This document shows, in pieces, positions 39,371 to 51,564 of a stretch of 64,000 nucleotides of DNA (position 1 is the stretch's first letter; each line of letters opens with the position of its first letter). Source of the DNA: Malacoraja senta. Taxonomy: Eukaryota. The translations under genes and the position numbers were made by a program. The notes beneath the pieces are model-generated. The model was not told where the DNA came from, did not search any database, and worked only from the letters and a program-made list of their open reading frames with translations. The stretch lies in assembly GCA_038087875.1 (NCBI GenBank), contig CM075991.1, positions 9,550,001-9,614,000 on the forward strand. Direction: 5' to 3'.

Positions 39371-40604
39371 CTATGATCTGTATGAATTAGAAAAATTACT
39401 ATCATTCCAACAACTACAACTGAAATATAATTTGAAAAATAATCAATATTTTAAATATATACAAATCTGTGACTATTTGAAAACACACACAAAAGATTAT
39501 TATAATATGCCTTCCGACTTACTAGATGAAGCAATGAAGACAAAGGCGGAATCAGCTAATTTAATATCATACTTATATAATATCATTTTAAATATAGAAA
39601 TACCCACAACAGATGGAATTAGAAGAGATTGGGAACAAGATCTAGGTATAAAAATTTCAAAAGAGAGTTGGGATAATCATTTATTACAGGTGCATAAATG
39701 CTCGATCAACGTACGACATACGCTTATCCAATTTAAAACATTACATAGATTATATTATTCAAAAACCAAACTAAATAAAATCTTTCCTAACGTCTCACCA
39801 ATCTGTGATAAATGTATATGTCAAGAAGCTACCATAGCACATTCTTTTGTTTTTTGTACAAAAATCCAAAAATTCTGGTTTGAAATATTTGATATTTTTT
39901 CAAAATTAATCAAAATAAAACTGGTACCAAAACCAGAATGGATTATTTTTGGAATATCGGAAGGTATTCCTGAATTAAACGTGTATCAGAAGAATTTACT
40001 CAATTATGGGCTAATAATGGGAAAAAAGCTTATACTTAAATTCTGGAAAAATGCGCCCACACCAACAATAAAAATGTGGACATCAAATATGTTGGAAACA
40101 TTACATCTGGAAGAGATGAGATTCCTCCTAGTAGGCAAAGCAGATCAATTTCAAAAGACGTGGTCTACGTTTTTGGACCTATTACAAGCATGAGGTGCAA
40201 TAGTAATTTAGAAAAACAAATAAATAAATAAAAGGTATCTGGACCTGGTAATGGGAGGTAAAATAAAAATAGACTTGGTTGGTAGTTCCTTCTCTATGAA
40301 GTATGGTATAAGAGTCATAATAGAGCGATTGTTCCTTCTTTCTTTCTCTTTTTTTTCTAGGGTCTATTTTCTAACTTTACTTCCTTCTCTAACCTCTTTT
40401 CTAAGGGGCTTTCTTTTCCCAACACTCTTTTGCACTTCACAACCTTTGCGCACTTTCTTCACTTTTCTTACTTCTTTCTTTTTCTTTTTTAAAGTTTAAA
40501 AAAGTGAAGCGGTACAAAAAATGTATTAATATATACGTGTTGTACATTACTGTAATCTACCGTACTTCTAAAAAATTAAAAATTAAAAAAAAAAAAAAAA
40601 ATAA

Positions 40605-40642
<38 letters not shown>
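39371..40642 (+). mobile_element. 5'-truncated L1/Tx1-like LINE, young insertion in the ADRA1A intron
   Basis: Uninterrupted ORF2 C-terminus (~270 codons, ending 40193) with a CDKC...H...C zinc-knuckle region, T-rich 3' UTR, long poly(A), and a perfect 30-bp TSD at 39341-39370 and 40643-40672. Confidence 0.9.
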
Positions 40643-40649
<7 letters not shown>

Positions 40650-40934
40650 GCAAGATTGTCAATGTCCTATCTGGGACACATGACAATAAACTCTCTTGAC
40701 TTGAGTTGACTTCATACAGTATTGCAGCATGGAAATCGTTCACCAAATTACATTAATCCCATTAGAGACCCTCGGACTGTCCGATTAAAGGAATTTATCT
40801 TGCACTAAACGTTATTCCCTTGATCCCGTATCTGTACACTGTGGATGGCTCAATTGTAATCATGTATGGTCTTTCCACTGACTGGTTAACACACAACAAA
40901 AGCTTTTCACTGTACCTGGTTAATCAGCATGGTT

Positions 40935-41212
40935 AAGACAGCAAAGTCCAATCAAGGATAGTCCAGGGGTCACCAATGAGGTAGATAGTAGTTCAGCACC
41001 ACTCTCTGGTTGTGGTAGGATCCTACAGTTGCCTGATAACAGCTGGGAAGAAACTGTCCCTGAATCTGGAGGTGTGCGTTTTCACACTTCTGTACGTTTT
41101 GCTTGATGGGAGAGGGGAGAAGAGGGAGTGGCCAGGGTGCGACTCGTCCTTGATTATGCTGCTGGCCTTGCCGAGGCAGCGTGAGGTGTAAATGGAGTCA
41201 ATGGAAGGGAAT
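40935..41212 (-). mobile_element. Rex1/Babar-like LINE 3' fragment
   Basis: SIDSIYTSRCLGKASSIIKDESHPGHSLFSPLPSSKTYRSVKTHTSRFRDSFFPAVIRQL. Confidence 0.7.
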
Positions 41213-41282
41213 TCAACGCAAATTCTGACTAAATGCACTCAGTTTTTAAGAACACAATTTCAATATTATATTATTGCGTTTC

Positions 41283-41729
41283 GGGTCGAGACCCTTCTTC
41301 AGACTGGTGTCCAAATATGCTGCCTGTCCCGCTGAGTTACTCCAGCTTTTTGTGATGACCTAATGTTCAACCTGAGTATTAATGATGTGAAACTTGCCCT
41401 TCATGTCCGACTGTGAAAACTAAATGAATGAGGCAGCCTTGCATGGATATGTTCAATGGGAAATGTTGCCCATAACATCTCTGCATAACAAGTAACAGTG
41501 ATGGATGTCCTGACAGACAGAGATTTAATCCCAATCATTAATAACCTGGAATTATCTGTTTTTGCTTGAATGAAAATGTTTTTCCTCTTGACTGGTTTTT
41601 AATTAAGTTTCAACTCAACACACTGGTTCGTGGGCCGTGAGTGGAATTCACAAAAGATCGTTTACCTGTTGCTTTTGCGCTTAAGTTAAAGTGACATTTA
41701 TTTAGTTGTAGTATTGTAGTGGGCCACCA
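41283..41729 (-). repeat. Inverted paralogous copy of 2223-2877 (without the 2256-2448 insertion)
   Basis: Manual alignment gives about 447 bp with roughly 16 mismatches. Confidence 0.9.
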
Positions 41730-43701
41730 TTTTACATGTATTTCGGGTCGAGACCCTTCATCAGACTGGTGAAACGTCACCCATTCCTTCTCTCCAGAGA
41801 TGCTGCCTGTCCCGCTGAGTTACTCCAGCTTTTTATGTCTAATAAGTTGTTCTAACAGTCTTTCGTGATTGACTAATAAAAATAAGAGAAAGACTGCTGA
41901 TACAAATCACAGCCTCACTCCAGTCCTCATGTCGGGATTCAACCTAAAATATTAAAATGAAAAATATTGAAATGTATTTTTGCTTCCATAGATGCAGCTT
42001 GAACTATCGAGTTCTTCCTTTTTATGATGAATCAATAACTTATTGGATAAAAACATTTTGCTTCCACAGATGCTGCTTGACCTATTGAGTTCTTCCTTAT
42101 TTTTGTAATGGACCAATGATTCCTTAGACCATGAGCAAAACGCAAAGTGCTGGAAGAATTCAGCAGGTCAGGCATCATCTGTGGAAGGAATCCCTGCCCC
42201 AGATGCCGCCTGGCCCGCCGAGTTCCTCCAGCACTTTGCAATTTGCTCAAGATTCCCGTATCTGCAGTTCCTTGTGCCTAGATCATTTCAGACTGTGAGA
42301 GAGGTACAGAGCTAGTGTTTTCAGGTAAATAAATTGTCATCAAAATGACCGTTGCGTTGCACTGAAATAGTAACACTGATTCTTTCTCCGCAGACTCTGC
42401 GGAGGCTTTTCAATGTTTTAAGTTTTGCATTTATTTCTCTATTCATCTTGCTGTGCACAAAGTGCAGTTTAATTTTACAGATGGCATTAATAAGCAAATA
42501 AAAGCTCTCACTTTTGAGAAGACAACATTCTTCCACATGGTTAATGTGCTCCCTTTGTACCTCATAAAGAATTGCAGGGAACATCAGTTAATGGCCTTGC
42601 AGAAGGCATGGAAATAGCAGCCGATGATGACAATATCCAGTGATGACAATGGACAGGAAATTTATCTTTGAACAAAGATCCTTAATAGCCGCGATGAACT
42701 AAACTGTGTGCATTGAAGTCATTTGCAGGGATAATTGACAATAAAACATAGTGGTTTACAAGGCTAATCTGATCTGGCAGGCAGCAAGCAAGATTTATTG
42801 AAATATAAGCAAGAAATGAAAGGGTTGTGTAATTATTTCCCGAAGTATCCAGGGCTATATTGAACTATTAATTTCATGACCATCTAGGATGGATTTCATG
42901 AATGTTTCAGAGGAGAATAGTTCCACGTCCCATGATGGCTTTAAAGTAATTCCTTTCACTCTAACAAGGTTGTAGGAAAAGCAGAACAATCCGCTCGAAA
43001 TTAGCTCATTCTTTGGATCGTGAAGGGTTAAATGAATGCAAGAATGAATTATGAATTAACATAAAATTGGGGTAGATTGATCTCCATTGGAAGCATGCAG
43101 AGTAGGTAGATTGTGACATGAGGGTACTATCAGGAATGTCAAAGATGGACATAAAATGCTGGAGTCACTCAGCGGGTCAGGCAGAAGAACAAGGATAGGC
43201 AACGTTTCGGTTCAGGTCCATTCGTGGTCCTGACCCAACTGATTGTGGGGTAGGGGAAAGAAATCTGGAAGAAAGGATGAGCACGACAAAGGCAGTTAAT
43301 GGGTGGAAAATAGGACAACAAGAATGGAAGATATGCAAGGAGTTCCCATATTAACAAGGATGGAAGATCAGGGCAGCACAGTAGCGCAGCGGTAGAGTTT
43401 CTGCCTTACAGCGCAGTGACCTAGGGTTTGATCCTGACTATAGATGTTGTCTACGGAGTTTGTACGTTCTCCCTGTGACCGTGTGTTTTTTTTTAATTAA
43501 CACTGTCCTACACACATTAGGACCAATTTTTACATTTACCAATCCAATTTACCTACACATCTGTACGTCGTTGAAGTGTGGGAGGAAACTGAAGATCTCG
43601 GAGAAAACCCACGCAGGTCACAGGGAGAACATACAAACTCCATACGGACAGCAGCCGCAGTCAGGATCGAACCCAGGTCTCTGGTGCTGCAAGCGCTGTA
43701 A

Positions 43702-44167
43702 AGGGCCTGTCCCACGAGCATGCGACTGCATGCGGCAAGGTCGACCAAACCGGAAGCGGGGTCCGTGCGGGGGCCGCGCGGAGGTCGAGTGATCCCCGTA
43801 CAGGGCCTGTCCCACCAGCATGCGACTGCATGCGGCGAGCGCGACTAAACCGGAAGCGGGGGCCGCGCGGAGGTTGAGTGAGTGACGTGAAGTTCGAGCG
43901 AAGTCCGCGGGAAGTTTGCGCGTGACGTACGGCGTCGAGACGCTGCGTACGGCGTCGTGGTGGCTGCGGGCTGGCCGGCCGTTGCCGCGCGGAATTTTTG
44001 AACAGTGTCAGTTTTTCGGAGCCCCGCGCGATGTCGGGACCAGCTCCGCACAACTCCATACGGCTCCGGCGATCGAAGTGGGACCGGCCCCGCGAGGCCG
44101 TACGGCTCAAGCGACCATGTTAGGTCGCGCTTGCCGCATGCAGTCGCATGCTCGTGGGACAGGCCCT
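43702..44167. mobile_element. PIF/Harbinger-type MITE, GC-rich family, inserted in a V-SINE
   Basis: TIRs AGGGCCTGTCCCACGAGCATGCGACTGCATGCGGC; TAA on both sides. Removing it restores the SINE sequence ctgTAAggcagc. One end is duplicated internally at about 43802. Confidence 0.85.
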
Positions 44168-44781
44168 TAAGGCAGCAACTCTACCGCTGTGCTACTGAGG
44201 GGGGGGGGGGGGGGTTGATAGGCAGATGGTTGGAGAAAGGCCAGAGATGAAAAGACTAAAGGTGTGAGATAAGGATCGATGAGGTGCTAATTGTTCAGCC
44301 GAAGAAAGGAATGTAGGTGGAAGGGGAAGGGGAGAAATGGGTGCAAGTTCAGGTGGGGCACAGGGAAGGGGATTGGGGAAAGAAGCGAGGTGGAGGGTTG
44401 GTTGTAGGTTGGTTAACAAAAATTGGAGAATTCCATATTCATACCGTTAGGTTGTAAGCAACCCAAGCAAAATATGAGGTGCTGTGTGTGGCTTCACTCT
44501 GGCAATGGAGGAGGCCCACGACAGTGTGGGAATGGGAAGAGGAGTTAAAATGGTTCAAAACTGGGACATCCAACAGTCCTTGGCAGCAAAAGAGATCAAT
44601 TGAAGATATACAAATTCAGTAGACACAAAATGTCAGCCAGATAGAACTTGGAAGAAGGCAGAGATATCAGAGGGTTAGAGGGCTGGAGGGGACTACAGTG
44701 CTGGGGCACGACTAACCCAGAGAAATACAGAACATATAGATGAAGTGTATGGAAAGTAAGGACCAAAAGCAGCAACAGTAA

Positions 44782-45008
44782 AGGGCCTGTCCCACTTTCA
44801 CGACCTAATTCACGACCTCTGCCGAGTTTGCCCTTGACTCATACTCACAGCATGGTCGTCACGAGGTCGTAGGTAGGTGGTAGCAGGCCGTGATTCTAGT
44901 CCTAGGTACTCGTGGCATCAAGTAGGTCGGGGCGTTTTTTCTAGCCTGATGAAAAATGTCCAGAGTAAAAAAGGTCGTGAATTAGGTGGTGAAAGTGGGA
45001 CAGGCCCT
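44782..45008. mobile_element. PIF/Harbinger-type MITE, second family
   Basis: TIRs AGGGCCTGTCCCACTTTCAC-ACCTAATTCACGACC; flanked by TAA (left) and TTA (right). Confidence 0.8.
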
Positions 45009-47337
45009 TTAGTGAGCAGGAGCCAATACAACAGGTGTTTTGGTCGAAAATGTGTGTACCTGGGATTCTATGGTTCAGAGACCATTTTAATCCACCTCAG
45101 TAAATCCTTTCTTTACCATTGAGTCACTGAAGCATGCAATAGTTCAATCCTGTCTGCTCAATGTAGATGAAAATTCTGATTTGTCCGCCTTATTTTCCAG
45201 TAAAACTGAACAATTGACACCTTCCACGGATGTCACTTTCCCTTGAAATGAGGTAATAGGTATTTAGCTTCACCACAACCTTTCTGCATGGTATTCTGTC
45301 AAATTAATTCTGCAAGTTGTTATTTCTTCCTCAATTCAGTGGCAGGTGTGATTAAGACTGTCTCCTTGGTAAAAGCCATTGCGCATTTAATTGGAACAGT
45401 AGAGCATGCCCTTTCATAGTCATCTACATGGAGCAGTGCAGTTTCATGCCTCTCACATCTATCAGGGAACAAAGGAAATTTAAACTAATCAAAACTAATC
45501 TCCATGAGTGACATGCAAAGCTGATTGTTAATGGAAACTAACCACAAAAGGATAAGTGTACTTATTATATTTCTCTGAAACCCAGACTTGGAAGGATTCG
45601 CACACAAAGTAATTTATTTCACATTAACTCAGTTAAAATAAAATCAATGCCAATCTATGCTTAGTTCAGAGATGCAGTGCGAAAATAGGCCCTTCGGCCC
45701 ATCGAATCCGCGCCGACCAGCGATCCCCTAACACTATACAATCCAACACACACTTGGGACAATTTACAATATCTGCTGAAGAATTAATCTGCAAACCTGT
45801 ACGTCTTTGGAGTGTGGGAGGAAACCAGAGCACCCACAGATAACCCACGCGGTCACAGGGAGAATGTACAAGCTCCGTACAGACAGCACCAGTCGTCAGG
45901 ATCGGACGTGGGTCTCTGGCGCTGTAAGGCAGCGACTCTAATGCTGCACCACCGTGCCAGCCCTCATCAATCAGCAAAGTCACAAAATTCTGGAGTAACT
46001 CTGCGGGTCAGGCAGCATCTCTGGAGAAGATCGAAATGCTCCGCAGATGCTGCCTGACCTGCTGAGTTCCTCCAGCGCTTTGTGTTTTGCCCTTGATTTA
46101 ACCTTGCATTTATCAGACTGCCCTGCCTACAGCAGGGAACTCCCTCAGCACTGCATTAGAGCATCAACTTAGATGTTTGTAGATGAGTCACTAGAGTGGG
46201 AACTTGAATTCACCGGCCTTTATTGCAGGGACAACATTCTACCCAATGAGCCACAATTGCCACAAGGAATGCTACAAAGTGCAGCAATGTATTGGCAAGG
46301 CAAAGCAGGGTTAGCACTATGAGTCAGCAAAGGTTTCTCGGTTTCGACGGATTTCACATCGAGCAAAAATTTTACTGATTCAGATAGTCCCTTCCAATTC
46401 CAACCAAATAATTGGCAGTCACGGATGTTTACCAAGTACTATGTCCTTATACAAGCCTGTAATGCATTTTTATAGTCATATTGTTTTACATTTATCATCT
46501 TGAAATACCATTTTTGTTTTAAAGTCAATTCAGAACATTGAAAAAAAGAAAAACATGTCCTTTCTACACAACATGGTCAACATGGTCCAGTGAATATAAT
46601 ACACAACAGGACCCCATACATCTTTATTTATTTGTCCAAAGTACCTTGAAAACACAATGAATTACTAAATACACACTGTTCCTCAGTTATCACTCCAGCC
46701 TGCATTCCCACTCAGAGACTGACTGTGAACCTTAATAGGTAACCTGAGAGGATTCGATAAACACATTCAAAACCACTCATTTTAAACTCAGTGGAGCCTT
46801 TCTGAATTCGTACTTTTCCAAAATGTTTGTGAAGAAAGTTACTTCGTCCATAACTTTGCCTGGTTCTAATGGAAGAGAAGTTCAATTTTGAACCTTATTT
46901 CTCTCTCACAAATGCTGCCTGACCTGCTGAGTATTTCCATTATGTAATTTGCTTTTTTTTAAAATGCCATTTCCAGCGTTTATTCCGACGGGAGAACTTG
47001 AGGGAAGACATTCTCCGTGCATCCCGACCTCTGAACATTATACACAGAACCTCCCACCCAACCAAATCTCCACCCTTCACTTCCTTTATCTCGGGTTGTC
47101 TTCTTGCAAGATAGTCCATTTGTGCATTGATGTAGATTGTACAAACAGATGCAATATCGCCAGGTGGCCAGTGCCATCTTCTTCCCTGCCGTGTGCTGGG
47201 GCATCAGGGCGAAGGTTGCGGAAGTTTTTCATTATCTCTTGATACACGACAATGATAAACCAACACCTTTTTTTTCATCTCTCTGTCCCAATTGTGATGA
47301 AGGGTCTCAGACCTGAAACAATAATTGTTTCCCTCTC

Positions 47338-47828
47338 AATAGACAATAGACAATAGACAATAGGTGCAGGAGTAGGCCATTCGGCCCTTCGCGCCATTCA
47401 ATGTAATCATGGCTGATCATCACCAAATCAGTACCCCGTTCCTGCCTTCTCCCCATATCCCTTGACTCCGCTATCTTTAAGAGCCCTATCAAGCTCTCTC
47501 TTGAAAGCATCCAGAGAACCTGCCTCCACCACCCTCTGAGGCAGAGAATTCCACAGACTCACCACTCTCTGTGAGAAAAAGTCTTTCCTCGTCTCTGTTC
47601 TAAATGGCTTACTCCTTATTTTTAAACTGTGGCCCCTGGTTCTGGACTCCCCCAACATCGGGAACATGTTTCCTGCCTCTAGCGTGTCCAAGCCCTTAAC
47701 AATCTTATATGTTTCAATGAGATCTCCTCTCATCCTTCTAAACTCCAGAGTGTACAAGCCCAGCCGGGCTTGTACACTCTGGAGTTTAGAAGGATGAGGG
47801 GAGATCTCATTGAAGCATATAAGATTGT
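47338..47828 (-). mobile_element. CR1 LINE 3' fragment with fold-back 5' end
   Basis: LGLYTLEFRRMRGDLIETYK...RVVSLWNSLP...GYGEKAGTGY, (CTATTGT)n tail, 63-bp inverted repeat at the truncation point. Confidence 0.9.
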
Positions 47829-48224
47829 ACAGATGCCGACTGACTTGCAGAGTGTTTTCCAGCATTTACTGTGTATTTTAATTTCAGATTTGCGGTTTGT
47901 GATTCCCAATTACAGAAGACAATTTTCCCCTTTCAATTACCTCTTGAAAAATATCCAAATCCCTCTTCCGTTCCAAAGAGAGTAGAACATTGCTTTCTCA
48001 GTTAGTTGTGACCTTTGGCCAGAAGCTTATTAAATTTAGCAACAACAATTTTGACATTTATCCAGCACTCTGTGTTTTGAATCGTGCAGTTAGATATTTA
48101 TCATTATTAAATAAAATTTGCTGATGTGCAAGTTCTCTATTCCAGCTTTTTCCACCCCCCTCCTCCCTCCCCCTCTCCCTCCCCCTCCATCAGTGAAGAT
48201 GGGTTCCAACCACAAAAAGGCATT

Positions 48225-49630
48225 GATATGCAGCGAGGTCTTGGTGCCCAAGTTCTTGGTTCACTGAAGGTGGCAGCACAAGTGGATAGGGTGGTAAAGA
48301 AGGCATATGGTATGCTTGCCTTCATTGCTAGGGGCATTGAATACAAGAGTCAGGAAGTCACGATGCAGCTCCATTGGACTCTAGTTATGGCCCTGTCCCA
48401 CTGTACGAGTTCATTCAAGTGCTCTCCCGAGTTTAAAAAAAAAAATCAAGCTCGTGGTAAGCACGTAGAATGAACGTAGTGGGTACGTCGGAGCTCGGGG
48501 ACGTCTCTTAGCGGCTCGTAACGCTAACGGCAGGTACTCGGGAAGACTCGCTAACGGTTGGAAACTCGGGAAGACTCGTGAAGGTTTTTCAACATGTTGA
48601 AAAATGTCCACGAGGGCCCCGAGTACTTACGAGCGGCCAATACCGTAAATCTCCGTGTTCGATTCAGGGCAAACTCGGGGAGAACTCTTGAATGAAGTCG
48701 TACAGTGGGACAGGGCTTTTTGGCCACATTTGGAGGATTGCACGCAGTTCTGGTCACCCCATTACAGGGGAGATGTAGAGGCTTTAGAGAGGGTGCGGAA
48801 GAGGTTTACCGTAATGCTGCCTGGATTAGAGGGTTTCAGCTACAGGGTGAAGTTGGATAGACTTGGATAGTTTTCTCTGGAGTGGGATGTTTTGGAGAGA
48901 CTTGATAAAAGTATATAACATCATGAGGCATCAATAGATAGACAGTCAGAGCTTTTTTCCCCAGGGTGGAAATGTCCAACACTAGAGGGCGCAGCTATAA
49001 GGTGAGAGGGGGAAAGTTTAATGGAAGTGTATGGGGCAGGTTTACACAATAGACAATAGGTGCAGGAGTAGGCCATTCGACCCTTCAAGCCAGCACCGTC
49101 ATTCAATGTGATCATGGCTGATCATCCTCAATCAGTACCCCGTTCCTGCCTTCTCCCCATATCCCTTGACTACGCTACCTTTAAGAGCCCTATCTAGCTC
49201 TCTCTTGAAAGTATCCAGTGAACCGGCCTCCACCGCCCTCTGCGGCAGAGAATTCCACAGACTCACAACTCTCTGTGTGAAAAAGTGTTTCTTCGTCTCC
49301 GTTCTAAATGGCTTACTCCTTATTCTTAAACTGTGGCCCTGGGTTCCGGACTTCCCCAACATCGGGAACATGTTTCCTGCCTCTAGCGTGTCCAAACCCT
49401 TAACAATCTTATATGTTTCAATGAGATCGCCTCTCATCCTTCTAAACTCCAGAGTGTAGCTTTACACAGAGAGTGGTGGTGGCCTGGAACACATTGCCAG
49501 GGATGGTGATGGAGGCAGATATGATGGTGGCGTTCAGATGACATATGTGGGTCATGTGCAGGCAGATGAGATCAGTTTAAATTGACATCATGTTCGGCAC
49601 AGACATGTTGGGCCGAAGGGCCCCGTTCCT
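48225..49630 (+). mobile_element. Older CR1 fragment containing a MITE and a younger antisense CR1 (~49046-49457)
   Basis: VDRVVKKAYGMLAFIARGIEYKS...PHLE.C.QFWSPHY...LERV.KRFT.MLPGL peptides; nested minus-strand MRGDLIETYK...AGTGY ORF at 49132-49437. Confidence 0.8.
48388..48718. mobile_element. PIF/Harbinger-type MITE (third family) inserted in a CR1 coding fragment
   Basis: Same TIRs and body as the 20747 copy; interrupts the CR1 motif LV|RPHLE at TTA. Confidence 0.85.
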
Positions 49631-50085
49631 GTGCTCGATGTCACCTATCCATGTTCTCCACAAATGCTGACTGACCCAGTGTAACTCCACGGCAGTGGGA
49701 GAGTCTTGGACCAGGGGCCATAGCCTCAGAATAAAAGGACGTACCTTTAGAAAGGAGATGAGGAGGAATTTCGTTAGTCAAGAGGGTGGTGAATCTGTGG
49801 AATTCATTGCCACAGGCGGCTGTGGAGGCCGTGTTAATGGATATTTTTAAGGCGGAGATTTATAGATTCTTCGGTTGTCAGGGGTTATGGGGAGAAGGCA
49901 GGTAAATGGGGTTGAGAGGGAAAGATAGATCAGCCACGATTGAATGGCTGGGTAGGCTTGATAGGTCAATGGCCCAACGCTGCTCTTGGAACTCATGAAG
50001 TTTGTGCCTCTTTTTATGCTGAAGTGAATTATTGATTGAGACTCACACTTAAATAATCGCTTTCTTCTCATTTTGCCCACACTAG

Positions 50086-50558
50086 GTTCTTTTTTCCCTG
50101 CCTACAAACCCCCGGAGACGGTCTTCAAAATCACATTTTGGCTGGGCTACTTCAACAGCTGCATAAACCCAATCATATACCACTCTTCGCACCAAGAGTT
50201 CAAAAAGGCGTTCCAAAACATTCTGAAGGGGCAGTTCAGGCAGAGAAACCGCTCGTCCACCAAACAGTCTTTCGGTGGCAGTTCAGCCAGCGGGCACCTT
50301 AAAGAAGGGGAAAAGGAATTGCGACGCCTATCTCTGGGGGCGAGGGAAACCTTCTACAAGGTCTCGGACTCGGAAGGGGTTTGCCAGTGGAAGTTATTTT
50401 CGGAGCAAGGAACGAAAAGCAAACTCAACTCAAACTGCCGGCCCTCGGACAGAAGAGGCAACTCCATTTTCTGCCCCTGTTGCCCAGTTTCTAAGCCTGG
50501 CGCCCCAAGTTTGAAACTGCACACTAACTCAATCGGTGACTACGGGGACCCAGTTTGA
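50086..50558 (+). CDS. ADRA1A: Alpha-1A adrenergic receptor, coding exon 2 (ECL3, TM7, C-tail)
   Basis: Pyrimidine tract and TAG acceptor; (G)[31 protein letters not shown]...EFKKAFQN...[17 protein letters not shown]...[15 protein letters not shown]. The tail motifs are alpha-1A-like. Spliced CDS is 1386 nt (461 aa); the intron is 21.2 kb. Confidence 0.95.
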
Positions 50559-51558
50559 ACGAGACGCTCCCCGCCACCTACAAGAGGAACAAATGCACGC
50601 CCTGAGCATTATTGCATCCGCACTCACTGAAAACTCAATGCATCTCAAACATTCTCCGAAAGTGCTCAAAACAGCGTTTGGACTAACACTGTAAGTTTGA
50701 AACAATGTCAAAGGATGGCCGGGTTGTGTGCAATCTACTTCTGGCAAGGACACCAAGTCCAGCCAAGCGCTTGACAACCGGAGAGCGACCCGGAGAGGTT
50801 ACTTTGAAGAAGGGTCTCGACCCGGAGCGTCACCCATTCCTTCTCTCCAGAGATGCTGCTGCCTGTCCCGCTGAGTTACTTCAGCATTTTGTGTCTATCT
50901 TCCATTACTTTACAACCTCGGACAATTCTCCAGTTGCACACCGTTGTCTACTTGAAATTGTCTACTTAAGGCGTGAATCAACTAGTGTAGGAAGGGTCTC
51001 GACCCGAAACGACACCCATCCCTTCTTTCCAGAGATGCTGCCTGTCCCGCTGAGTTACTCCAGTATTTTGTGTCGAACTTCCATTACAATTCTCCTGTTG
51101 CACACAGTTCTACTTGAAGCGTGAATCAACTCCACTTACTTCTTTGCAAACTTGAACAATTCCTCGCTTGCCTGCGGCCTTACCTGCATCGTGGATCCAC
51201 TGCACGTAATTTAAATGATGTATCTTCGTGTTGCCACCACCTGTTCTAAGCTTAAGCGTAAAGGTACACCTTTAAGGTAAATTCAATCAAATTTCGCACT
51301 GCACGGGATAAAATCCAGAAATCCCCACTTCCTATCTCCTGTAAAATTGCAGTATTTGTTCAGCCCCATCTCAGGTGAAACCTCTCCGAACAGAGAAGGT
51401 GCATGGAAAAATAGGTCAACTTTAAGCTTACAACCGCCATCCATCTTTCAGTTGCAATGGCTGATCTATTACCCATATTGCACTGCAGCGGAGAAACTGC
51501 TCTATACATTGTACATTGACCGTCTTAAGAATTTATCCATCATGGTATTTTGCTTGGA

Positions 51559-51564
51559 AATAAA
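51559..51564 (+). promoter_or_regulatory. Candidate ADRA1A polyadenylation signal
   Basis: AATAAA about 1 kb after the stop, followed by T-rich sequence. Confidence 0.4.

Noticed and set aside
39291..40193. 300-aa ORF as a host gene
   Set aside because: It is the ORF2 C-terminus of a 5'-truncated LINE; the first ~27 codons are flanking and TSD sequence.
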